Shown piece after piece: positions 25,783 through 37,900 of a stretch of DNA of 64,000 nucleotides. The position numbers and the translations under genes are program-made. The notes beneath the pieces were generated by a model. The model saw only the letters and a list, made by a program, of their open reading frames with translations. It searched no databases and was not told where the DNA came from. The stretch's first letter is position 1. Each line of letters starts with the position of its first letter. Source of the stretch: Kondoa subrosea (Eukaryota); the NCBI GenBank assembly GCA_039545335.1, contig BCIN01000007.1, positions 620,001-684,000 on the forward strand, read 5' to 3'.

Positions 25783-26389
25783 TGGTGGGGACAAACAAGT
25801 TGATAAAAGTGATAAGAAAACGAAGAGAGATGTCATATGCACAGCTTGTGCAATAAACACCGCATGGCCTTTTCTTACAATTCTATAGTGTAAGGCGTGA
25901 GTGTTGCTCATTGGCACAAGCCGAAGGTTATAACGCGCGAATCAGATCAAGCAGGACGATGCAGCTCGGAACCATGCATCTGCAGCGCACTGTCTCGCTG
26001 GAGCTCACTTGGCTGCAGCAAAAAGACTTCAGGGAAAAAACAGCAATATGACAACAGAAAGCAGAGGCCATGGGAGGTAGAGCAAGGTTCATAATCCCGT
26101 AGATACAGTAAGGATGCCGGCAGAACAGCGGATAAGTCCATCCATCGGAAGACAAGATGTGGAAATATAGTTGTGCGAGACCACAGATCTCAGAAGCAAT
26201 ATTTACTGTTGGCAGCGAGTTGACAACCAGATTCGTCGCATTAAATATTCCCTATGAGCGGTTCTTGCGACTATAGTGTAAGGTCGACGAGCAGAAAGAC
26301 GTCCACTAGACATAAGAGATCAGAATTTGACTACGAAGAAGGAGTCAGAGAACACACTGTCGTCCAAATGCCCGGGCGCCAGTAAGCGA

Positions 26390-27555
26390 TTACCAGCAGT
26401 CCACAACGACTTTCCCAATGTGCTTTTGAGCCTCCAAGTATTTCAAAGCTTCCTTCATTTCCTCTAGCTTGAAAACCTTCGGATCAAGAAGAGGATTCCA
26501 GCCATTAGCATCGATAGATGTAACGAGGTCTTCGAGCTGGGTTCGAGATCCAACGGCGATTCCCTTCACGGTACACGTCCTATACCACGCTTGGAGTAGA
26601 CCAGGCTCAGGTTCGCCATCTGTTTCGGCAACAGCTCCAACTATTGAAATGATCCCATCGACCTTGATTGCATTGAGAGAGTGCTTAAGTGTAGCTGAGC
26701 CCCCAACCTCCACAACGAAATCAACTCCTTGACCACCTGGAGTCAACTTCTTGACTGTCTCGCCCCATGAAGCATCTTCCCTGTAGTTGATAACGTGTTC
26801 CGCTCCAAGCGTTTTGAGCTGGACCGCCTTTGCCTCACTGGATGTTGTGCTGATAACAGTAGCGCCAGCCGCTTTGGCTATCTGAAGTGCAAAGACGGAA
26901 ACACCTCCAGTACCTAGAGTTACGTCAAAATCTTTGGTCCAGCCTCATGCATCTCGACAAAAGGGAATCGTAACAAACCCAGAGTCAGAACGGTATCACC
27001 ACTCTTGAGCGGCCTGCCTTGTACACCATAAAGAGCGTTCCATGCAGTGACACCAGCACAAGTCAAGGTACTTGCTTGTCTGAAATCTAGCGTTTTAGGC
27101 ATATGAACCAATCCGAACTCTTCAAAGACCCCATGTTGCCTCATTGTCCCATCCAAACTACCACCAAGACTTGTTTGCATAATTTGAGGCGTCAAAGATC
27201 CATCAATATGACCTTGATGTAGCATAGTGCAAACTGCATCACCGATCTTGAAGCGGGTCACTCGAGAGCCAATCTTAAGAACAGTTCCAGCTGCATCGGA
27301 GCCTGGAACCACAGGAAGATCCATTGGGAAGGGATATGTACCCTTTGACCCGAAAATGAGTACAGTAGTACCAGTGCCAGAAGAACTCGACATTACCTTG
27401 GGAACCATTGTATCCCTGAAGTTGAGAGAGATGGCCTCGATCTTGATTAGACAATCATGGTCGCCAAGTTGTGTTGGAATAGGCTGTTCGACGAGTTTGA
27501 TACCATCGATCCCTGAAAATGCTTCGACCTTCCATGCTAATGAAGTCTGGCTCAT
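26390..27555 (-). CDS. MDR-superfamily zinc-independent alcohol dehydrogenase/quinone reductase-like protein, 2 introns
   Basis: AISLNFRD, VPGSDAAG, LTCAGVTAWNAL, GTGGVSVFALQ, GVDFVVEVGG, HIGKVVV. Confidence 0.93.
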
Positions 27556-28128
27556 GTTGTCTATATCGATTGGATTGATGTAGGGCTAGATTGGGCAGGC
27601 TGAGCGCAGAAGAAGGATAGGAACCAGTACTGATTTCTTTGTGATTACTCATTGTACAGTCAGATGCCGGTCTTGTGCAGCGCGGCGCGGCGGTCGCTCT
27701 GTCATCGAGTATGCGCGAATAGCACAGACAAGTCGAAGCAGCAGGCAGTGCTATGTATTATGACGCGAGAAGGATGCGAGCTACGAAACTTGAGATCCAG
27801 TGTTGTTGAAGCAAGGCTTTGGACGATTGAGGAACTCGGAAAGGCTAGAGGCATTGTAGAGGCGCTGCGGATGCGGGTCAAGCACACAGGTAGAGCCAGA
27901 ACCCAGATATCGACAGGCCGTATGTGAAGAAAAGACATTGGACAACTAGAAGCGAGATTATAGCCGCGCGTCACAATTATGCTAGACCGATTCAAAGGTA
28001 TTATACTCAATTCACTTGCAGATACACGAAAAAGATATAGCACTGCTGCTGTTTTAAACACGAAGACTAAAGTTAATGAAAAGGGTTCTACATGTATCAT
28101 AGTCCATCCATCCATCCAGCATTACAGC

Positions 28129-29841
28129 TTAATAGCTACCTCCTGTTGTTCCCGACGAGTCAGTCTTCATCTATATCTAGGCAACCTGACAGGAAACTGA
28201 CCATAAGCTGCATCCTGAGGGTTTCGGATACTCAATCTTCTCCTTTCTACATCTTCTCCTCCGTACAATTGATTCTGACTTGCACTTCTAGTCGCCGATC
28301 CGGTAGAAGGGTTGCTAGCATGTCTGAAATAATACTGTGGGTCTGTCAAGTCCATTCCACAAGTATCAGCTTTAATACTGAAATCACAAGAGCAACAACT
28401 GACTGTGTTGTTCGGGAGTACCAGTCCTGTTGTGGGATCTAGCAAACTCATCTTCTCTTCCTTCACTGATTTCACTCAAGGGTCTTTCACTTTGAGCACC
28501 AGGGGGATAAACAACAGCTCCATTAGTAGTGGCAGAAGAGTTTGATCTTCCTAGCGAATCGCTGTAATTGTTTTGATTGTTATTGTAATGACTATTGCTG
28601 CTTCCCGAACGAGTACCAGCGGCATCTTGATAGTAAGAAGAAGTACTTGAATTAGCTCTGTCGAGGTTACTGGCAGCGACTGGAGCTGCGTTGCCATACA
28701 TTTGTTGTTGTTGCTGAGGATAGCCATATTGATCGTACTGCTGAGGTTGTTGGAAATATTGACCGACTTGAGCACCTTGGTAGTTCTGTTGCGGGAAATT
28801 AGCTTGAGCCGGTGAATTAGACGAATTGTAGTAGTGTCTTTCCAAGATGGAAGGAGGTCGCGGTCCTTGAGTGTTTCCGCGAGCCAAACCAGGTAAAAGA
28901 GCTCCACCGCCCATAGAGTTGGAATGCGATAAGTTGGAATGGTAGCCTGCTACACTTCCTGAACGCATCGACATTCCATCGTCATCGGGTAACATGGTAC
29001 TGTCTCTTCGAAATTCATTCTTGTCGAACTGCGAAGAGGCATAAGAATCATGCATAGCTAGAATTCGAAACACTTACAACGGCATCGTCAATGTCATCAT
29101 CGTCCTTTCCAGAGCATTTCGCTTTGAAGAAGTAACCTAATAAACTGGCAAGAACTACAACTCCGACCTGTACAATGAGAAGTTTGGAATGAGCTTTATT
29201 CGAAGCACAGTTCCCCTTCGAACGTACTAAAGAAGCAGCAACGATTCCCACGACAGCACCAGTACCAGGTCCGTCTTTAGGAGCAGAAGTTGTGCTACTG
29301 TCAGCCAGAGAAGCAGAGCTTGAAGGGGTTTGAGTGATGCTTCGAATAATAACATTAGTAGATTGGCCGACAGTAATAGTCGAGCGACTGAGTGAGACGG
29401 GTGGAGTAAAAGAAGTAGCAACTGAAGAGGGTAAGGTGGTTGTAGTACTTGAAAGAGCAGCGGCCGAAGAGCTGGGAGGGATCGCAACTGAAGATGAGCT
29501 TGGAACAGCAACAGAACTTGGAGGAGGTTCTGATGCCGTTGTACTTGTAGTGGCTGAATCGGCTGGTGGTGCAGTACTGCTAGTGGGTGGTGCCGCAGAA
29601 GCTTGTATCGAGAAAACAGTTTAGCATAATAATCTCGCAAAGGTACAAACACACATGTTGGAGGTACAGCACTAGATTGAGCTGCTCGGTCTGTTGCAGT
29701 TGTGGATTCAGCAGCCGCAGCAGCAAACGAGCCCAGAACGTCGCTAGCTGCATCTGAAGGTGTAACAGGTCGAGCTTGTCTTTTGGCCATAGCTTTGTGC
29801 TGGGCCAATCCACGGGCTTTGAGAGCAGTCTCTCTAGTCAT
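28129..29841 (-). CDS. Ser/Thr-rich single-pass membrane protein with Q/N/Y-rich cytoplasmic tail
   Basis: S/T stalk, TM GPGTGAVVGIVAASL|VGVVVLASLLGYFF, tail with GPRPPSILERH; ends ...AAYG|GSY*. Confidence 0.78.
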
Positions 29842-30658
29842 CTTTGCTTTTTGAGGTAAAGGAGCCCTATGGAAGTGCACGGTTCTCTCTTTTTCGGGAG
29901 TTATAACGAGTGTATTTGTTTTGATAGCTGATTGTTGAAAGAGTGTGTGGTGTAAGAAATCCCGAAGCAAGGGTCAAGAGCCAGTCCTGATGTATGCTTG
30001 CTTGAAGAAAAGGATCGATTCGGTTGGTTGAGTTGGAAAGAGAACGGCTTGCGAAAAATATCAAACGTTAGAAGCGACAAGAAGGTGAAAGCGTGTCAAC
30101 TTCAGGACAAATGATGCACAGCTGTATCAAGAGCACAGCTAGAGCGCGCAATTGGTCAGAATTAAGGCGTTGGCAAGACGACTCTAGATACAATCATCGA
30201 CTTTCTTAGCCTGCAAGTGTTTCAGCTAGCTACAACGCGTCACAGGGGACTCGTTATGAGCGAATAGTATGCAGTCACTCTTGTAGCATGTAGCAGTGTA
30301 AGCGCAAAGCAAATAAGCATGCATAACCTAAGTTGTATTAATATTACTAGCATGAAACAAAATCAATACCCTCGTCTAAGAAGGACAGAGATACTCACAT
30401 TGTGGAGCCAAATAAGCTTAGAGAGTCCATGTCTTCCTGTCAAACCAATGCTGTATTTCAATATCCTCCGGACTGCCATTCTGCCAGCTTTCCTACTCGC
30501 TCGCACGACACTAAACTGCGATATGAACCGGCATACAGGCCAAGCTTGCTCTTCTTCTGCAAAGTTGCACAAATTTTCAGCTCATTGCACTCGCAATTCC
30601 AAAACAGAAGTAAGACTCACCTTGACCGCCCAAACTTTCCTTGCTTCAGAGCCTCACT

Positions 30659-32237
30659 TCAATCCGAATCATCCTTTCTCTCATGCTCCTCTACTTCCAG
30701 CTCCGATTCAGCGAAAGGTTTTGGCCATTTCTCCGCCTGTTGCATCAATTCTTGCATGGATAAAACACACATATGAGCTTTCGATTCTTCAAGCCAAGCC
30801 ATAAGAGTAGAAGGCTCCTTTATTGTTGAATATAGTTTATCGTCTTCGAGTGGTTTGGGATCGTCGACCTGATAGCCTGGGACTTGAACATTGCTGTCGA
30901 CTAGAATCGCATGTCAGATCAGTGTCTACGAAAAAAGTATTGGTTGACAGAGGCTTACGAAGAGTGCACTGAAAGCCATACAAAGACATGTGAGATAGGG
31001 AAAAGTTGGCTTCCGGCCAACAATAAACGCACATGATGAATCATTACGGGCATGGACAGTGTTAGATTTCTCAACTTTGAATCCTCCAGTGTAGTATAAG
31101 CGACGGTTACTTCGAACGAGTTGAGAATCTGAATTGGATTAACAGGACCTTGCAAAGTTGACGGTCGAAAATGAATGCAATCTGGTAGTCGATTAGTAGT
31201 CGTGACAGTACAGCGTTGACCCTTTTCCAATCTCAGCAGAGGTTTTCCTTGTAGATGATGATGGTCTTCTATGATTGAAGATTCTGGGTTCACAATGCAT
31301 TGATTTCGCGGTATGGAGTCCTCAAGGAGAGTAACAACGTGCTTCAATTCTGGTCGTGTGTGGACTAATTCTGGGTTCTTTGTAGATCGCACACTCTGGC
31401 GTTGTATTAACGTCAGTCGACACTCATGAATAAAGATTGTAGTTGGCGGATCTTGGAATACCAAGTGACATCGGACCAGATTGCCGAGAGTAGCTGAAGC
31501 AGAATATAGCTCTAAGCGATAGATCTGCAAAATCCAGCATCAAAGCCCTGGCTGCGTCTGCCGCAACTAAAGGCACTGACTCCTAGATTTTCGTGAAAAT
31601 TGCTATGTCGCTGGTCTGGAAAGTCAGAGTGGACTGTTCCACATCGGGACATACTCACAATGTCCATCTCAGGTGCTGGTTGTCCTTGTGGTACAGGAGA
31701 AGCGAACAAGCGAATTCGTTTGCTGCAGGTAACAACACCCGAATCGCCTTGCGTTGTAGCTTCAAGCCGTATTACAATAGAACTATTCATAGGAGGAGTA
31801 TATCTGTTCATAGGAGGAGTATTGCCCTGCCTTACGTAAGCCACATAACTAAATTGTACAGAATTCAAGAGCGTACAGGAATAGCAAATTCGAAAGGCCA
31901 GCTGTAGGTGCCAGGTTGAAGATATTCATACACTGGAACATCCGTCTTGAGATTCATCAACTCTTCATCCAATTTCAGCGCAGGTGTATCAAGGGATAAT
32001 CGATTGATGAGTGATATATGCACTTCCGTCACATGTCTTGCTTTCGACAAGGTGAGAACTACTGAGCCTTGCAATAGAGTGGGACGTTCGTCAGGAGAGC
32101 CCGGATATACGAAATATACGCCTGCATTCGCAAGACTTGAGTTGCGATAGACAATGTTCTATACAGAATAGCTTGCCCAGCGGTACATTGATGGAAAGGG
32201 CGCAGGAAGATTTCTTATGAAAGATGCTAGACAACAT
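30659..32237 (-). CDS. Arrestin-like adaptor, copy 1
   Basis: QGSVVLTL, PGTYSWPFEFAIP, VTCSKRIRLFASP, SATLG; strongly similar to the adjacent gene. Confidence 0.78.
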
Positions 32238-32327
32238 GGCGGATGTAGGGCAAGGCTAGGGCAAGAAACAAATCGCGAGAACGTGGTATTAGGTCAACCT
32301 CACTAAATTGACATTATCACATCGCCT

Positions 32328-33909
32328 TCATGCTTCACTCAAATCATATTTCGCTCTCCGATTGCGTTCAATCTCAGACATCGCCAACTCTGCTTCAGCA
32401 AAAGGTTTGGGCCATTTACTCGCTTGTTCCATTAGATCTTGTATCGATTCAGCGCATACATGAGCTTGGGTTTCCTCTACCCAATTCATCAGATTCGAAT
32501 ATGTGATTGAATTATAGCGTTCATCTGCATCCAGGCTTGTTGGATCCTCAGCTTGGTATTCGGGCACCTCAACATTGCTAGGAACTGGAAAGAAAGATAA
32601 ATTGGGATGACAGAGGTGATGAGTGTGCCTACGGAGAGTACACTGATAGAGACCTAATTAACCACATTCCGGAACAAAGAGTACAGACGGACTCACGGTA
32701 TGAATCATTACAGGCATCGAGAGTGTCATCGTTTTCAAATACGAAGGTTCCTCGATCGTGGAATATGTGACTACAACCTCGAAAGAAGAAGTATTGCTGA
32801 TAGGACTGATGGAGCCTGGTAAAGAAGACGGCCGAAGTTTCTCGCATCGAGGCAAACGATCCAGATTTGTTACTGCGCAGCGCTGTCCCTTGTCAATTTT
32901 GAGCAGAAACTTGCTTCTATGGATCGAATCCAGATCTTGATTGATGCAAGACTCTGGATTGACTGCACAGCGATTTGACGGTATTACATCCTCGATCAAG
33001 GTGAAGACACGTTTTACTGGTGCTGAAGTGTATGATTGAGCAGGATTTTTGCTAGACCGGACGATCTGCTGCTGTACGCAAGCAAGTCGAAGTTGGTGAA
33101 TAAGAACCGCCTCAGGAGGACCTTCAAAGACCAGATGACAGCGCAAGAGAGAGCCAATGGTAGCCGTTGCTGAATAGAGCTCTAGGCGATAGATCTACTG
33201 TATGCGATCAGCTGAAGTCTTGTGAGACAAATGAAACGGACTCCAAGTATATTATGGAAAGCATTATGTCTCTGACCTTCTACGTCAGGTATTGTTCACA
33301 CGAGCGCAAGACAGAAAACGTACAATATCAATCTCCGGTGCTGGTTGTCCCTGAGCAACCGGGGAAGCGAAAATTCGCAAGTGTTTGCTGCACTTGACAT
33401 CGTTGCAATCCATTTTTACAGTAGCCTCCAGATTCGAGCGGACAGTAGCGTGAGATGTATGGTCCCTAGGAGCTGTGTTGCTCTATCTCACGCCATGCAA
33501 TAGTCAGCAAATAGAGTGAGCTTACAGCTAAGGCCCTTACCGGGACAGCGAACTCGAATGGCCAAGTGTACGTTTCTGGCTGAAGGTATTCATGCACGGA
33601 AACGATAGTCTTGAGCTCCAGGAGTACTTCATTCAGCTTCAGAGCGAGAGTATTCAGAACCAAGAGATTCCGGAGAGCCACTTGTATCTCTTGCACATGT
33701 TTCGCTTTGGTCAAGACCAGGATAACGGAGCCTTGTACGATGAGTTCCGGCACATCGTCTTCGCTACTAGCTATAGGATAGACGAAATGGGATCCTGTAC
33801 CGCGTACGGTCAATTTGTTTATTCGCTGGTCCGGCACAAACTTGCCTAGAGGAGCTTTGATGGTTGCGGAGGCTGAGGGCAGCTTCTTTGAGAAAACACC
33901 AGACAACAT
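32328..33909 (-). CDS. Arrestin-like adaptor, copy 2
   Basis: QGSVILVL, PETYTWPFEFAVP, ELYSATATIG; same exon layout as copy 1. Confidence 0.78.
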
Positions 33910-34165
33910 AGTTACAGATCAATCCTTGCGGCGACGAATCAGATTGCTTCCGCACAGTCGCTGACTCAGCAAAAGACTTAGGGGAATTACAAATCATGCA
34001 ACACGCGCCTAATGCCACGAGACATATCAATGACGTGCTTCAAGATATGTACACAACTGTTACGTGCTTAGCTCTTAGATGTGTCGACCAGCTCAAGATG
34101 ACTTCTGCGAAATGAGACATTAGGAATATAGTGACTTAGAGTGAAATTAGACGTACTCTCAGAAT

Positions 34166-35650
34166 TCAATCTTGCGACTCGGCTGCAACGCTCTCTTCCT
34201 CATCCTCTTCTTCGCTTTCTTCTTTTTCACTCTTGACTTCAATATCATCATCAATCCATTCCTTCTCTGCCCAAGGCTGACCAGTCGTCTCAACTCTCGC
34301 TTCACCATTGATCTCCCTAATAAGCCTTGCATGACCCATGCTGAATTCTAGCTCAACTGTAACCTGAAATTTATCGATACCAATAATTGACCATTCTTTA
34401 ATCTGAGTAACTAATTCTTCGTATCTGCTTGAAGGATGCGAGGTCCAGTTAAAGCTGATGTGAAGAAGTTTAAGCTGAGGGAAGACTTGTTTGTCGCCAA
34501 AGATTTTACAAAGATCTAGTAAGTGATCCAGATCGTTTAGCGGTTCTGACTCAAAGTTGCCGAATTGCAGCTGGATTTGAACGAGGTGCGAGAAAGAAGA
34601 GGTTGAAGTATATGATCCTTGTTCACCAATCAGAAAGCTGGTCAACTCGTGTAAAAGGCTACTGCGAAGGCAATCTTGGTAAACTTCGAGATGCTTCAAC
34701 AGCGGAAATGTTTTGCCAAGCTCTTCGAGAATACTGACTGCCGGCATGGAAGAACACGACTCCAGAGTCAGATGGGTGATATCTTGGCAACTTGTGCTTA
34801 GTTCGTAGATCTCGGTGGCAGATAGTTGACAGGCGATGAGTTCTAACCGACGAATACTAGGAAAGGCTTGCATCACAGACTGAATCTTCCATATTTCGAT
34901 AATATTTTCGTCGCTTGTATAGCCATTCGGTTCGGTTTGATCCCAAATGAGCTGTTCAAGAGTTGATTTGTAACCCTTTGGGAACTTACATTCGTCACAG
35001 AAGGACGGATCAATGAGGTGAAGATACAGTACGACGAGAGCTGGAGAGGCGATAATGAGATAAGCAAAGGTATCCGGGTACATTATCGCTCCGCAACTAT
35101 GTGACCGTAAAGAAAGAGTTTTGAGATTGGCCAGATTAGGTGCAATCTGCTCAACCTGATGAGAACTAGGAAGCATGGAGCGGGCTAGATGCCGGTAGAG
35201 AGGAAAGTCTTCTACATCTTCACTGCACCTAGGCTGAAAAGCAACTCTTCGATATTGGGGGCCGTGCTGATTAGAGCCAGTGATTTCTTTGCCCTGGCCT
35301 TGCACTTCTCAATGAGCATCTGTTGCTCAGCTGCTGAAGGTATCCACTCATCGCTGTTATATCGGAGTCGCCGAGCGGTCCTTCTAGCTGTATAGTGTTC
35401 GCAATAGCCAGTTTGCATACCATCTTGCCCAACTCAACGCCATTCTTCGATGTGGTGAGAACATGAAGTAGTTTGTCATCTTCAAGATAGCTTGCTCGAT
35501 ATCAGAGTAAAGAAGTGGGCGAGCAATGTCATTAAAATTCTTGCAGACCAAGCAGAGACTGGCTAAATCAGAGTGCTCATCTACACTTGCAAGAATGTGC
35601 ATGCACAGCTCCAAAGGTAGCTTCATAGAGAGCTCTTCAATGGAGTGCAC
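34166..35650 (-). pseudogene. F-box/LRR gene with three apparent frameshifts (related to 22591-23976)
   Basis: LPLELCMHIL...LASLCLVCKNFNDIARPLLY, then similarity to the paralog continues in successively different frames (EDDKLLHVLTTSKNGVELGKMV; KKSLALISTAPNIEELLF; long 3' ORF). Confidence 0.65.
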
Positions 35651-35842
35651 AGACTTGAGCTTGTTTCTGGCTCAAGTCGCGAGTGGGAAGGCTTCGAGCA
35701 GGAAGAAGCGCTTGTGCAACTAGAATCGTGTCTCGTGTGTCTGTGGCCAACCCAATAGTGACCTTTTGTGTCTGAGTTGGTTGCGCAATGCGAACAATGC
35801 ATTTTATCACATCAAACTGATCGAACACCTCTAGCCGCAAGT

Positions 35843-37477
35843 CTATACTCTTGATACCGTAGCAGTGATGAGACCGCTGTGAAGACATTCAGCGGAAATC
35901 TTCGCGACAAGAGATCGAATACCTTGGTCTGTCATCACATAATCAAGTCAGCTGAAGAAATGATGCGAGCCATAGCACGCACGCTGCAACTGGCATGAAG
36001 ACTTCCGCGTCTCCTACAGCTGTGTTCTTGTAACCTTTGTAGAACGACATATCGACAGCAAAGTAATCTATCAGACTCCTTCAGCAAATGCGAACAGTTT
36101 CCGCTTCGAAACAAACGCTGAAGCAAGGTATTAGAGCCATCAAAGACGTACGTAAGAAACTCACCTGATTTGGCAAACGATATGTCACATCTGAAACCTG
36201 CTTGTTATCGCTAATGATCTTTTCGCACATTTTGTACCTGCAAGTTCGTCAACAAACGCCGCATCGCCAATCACAATCTAAAACAGAACTCACAGCGTTG
36301 CTTGCACACTTGCGCTGTCGTGCTCAGCAAAGACGCGCAAAGTAGTATCCACCACCGATTTATAGACAGCATCAAAAGGTATACCCAAATCCGATATGTT
36401 ATCGACTGTGAGTGCCGTAGAAGGGATAACAATATCGTAGCTGCAGTCGACTGATGTTGAAAATATCCGATCGCTGACCTCTGTCAGGATTACTTTCAGC
36501 ATGATTCGTCGACTAGACGGAATTAGACATACCTGGGAGAGTAGTAAACTCATCACGGACAAAGTTCTCGAAAGCTGATCCAGTAGATTTTAGCACCAAA
36601 AGATCTTGCAAGCCTATTCGAACGTTTCTTCAGCTTAGCGCGACCCCAAATGTAAAGTGGTATACTTACCTGACTTCACTTTAGCAGAAATCTTATCCTT
36701 GCCTTGAGTAGCATCTACTTCTACGCTGACAATGCGCTTATCATCACCATCTCGCTGGAAAGAATGAGGGTGTGCTTGACCGTCGATAGGTATGCGAGAC
36801 CATTTCAGCTGAGTGATATCTATAAAAGCTTTGTGGATGTGGGCATAAGTCTTGACGAAATGTGTGCCTAGTTCTAGAGCGAAAGATTCAGGTTGTAAGA
36901 CATTCTTGCTTTCTTTCGCCTTGACTTTGTGAAAAGATTAGCTTCTCCCCGCTGGCTTATAGGGTTACTGACTGTAGATAGTGTTCTTGATGCTTTAGCA
37001 AGGTATCAGCACCATACACAGCTTCGCGAAGGGTAGCCTAACGAATCAGTCGCAACGACGACTAGACAAAGACATAAGCTCGCAAAGTAGTCATATGCAG
37101 AAAGACGTACCAGAATTATCTGATTGAGTATAGCTCGTTTCTACATCCCTGTTATACGATTAGAAGCTGTCTAAAGTAATCAAGCTCCAACGAACCCTTC
37201 CAGCAGAGCTCGACTATCTCAACGTTAGCTCCCTGCAGACCAATACAGCATGTGAAGCTCACACATTGTACTCTGCTACTTCGTGGAAAGCGCCATTGCG
37301 GACGACTCTAAGTACGCGGACCTTATAACAACAGAGCGATAAGGCCATGCATCTTGCATTTAGCCTTGGCTGCGGCTTACTTTATCTTTCCCACTACAAG
37401 ATCCAGATCAGCTAGGTCCACAATGGAAACGGAGCCAGTACGCACTATCGGGCAGCTGATAGTTTTACTGTGCTCAT
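35843..37477 (-). CDS. uox: Urate oxidase (uricase), ~15 exons including 1-nt and 6-nt micro-exons
   Basis: YGKDKVRV, SYTQSDNSVVVATDSIKNT, VLKSTGSAFENF..DEFTTLPE..DRIFST, SASVQATL, LPNQHYF, PSGLITATV. Confidence 0.95.
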
Positions 37478-37900
37478 GCTTTCAACTTGAATTTCTTAGT
37501 ATGACAAATTGAGGTTGCAGGGATGACTTGAGTGTCAGGAGCAGCCTATTGATCTTATGTCAGTGCAGATGGTGGTCCCAAGTAGAGCCTGGAAAGGGGT
37601 CTATCGTTTTGCAAAGTAAGCAGAGACATCAAACTTTGATTGGGCGATAAGGTGAAAAGGAGCGTTTAGCAGCTTATAGCAGATCAGCGGACTGCTAGGA
37701 CATGCAAAGGTGTATGAACAGGAACATCTTGGCCCTTCGCAAACCCGGAATTGCTTCACCGCAACAGTACAGCTATTCTTTTGTTTTCCCTTTCCACGAA
37801 TTCGCTATCGTTACATTCCTTGTTCCTGTACCAGCTTGGAGTAGCGTGCTCCAATAATCTGGTTTACCTACGCGCACATCCAGGCTCCATTCTCGTCTGC

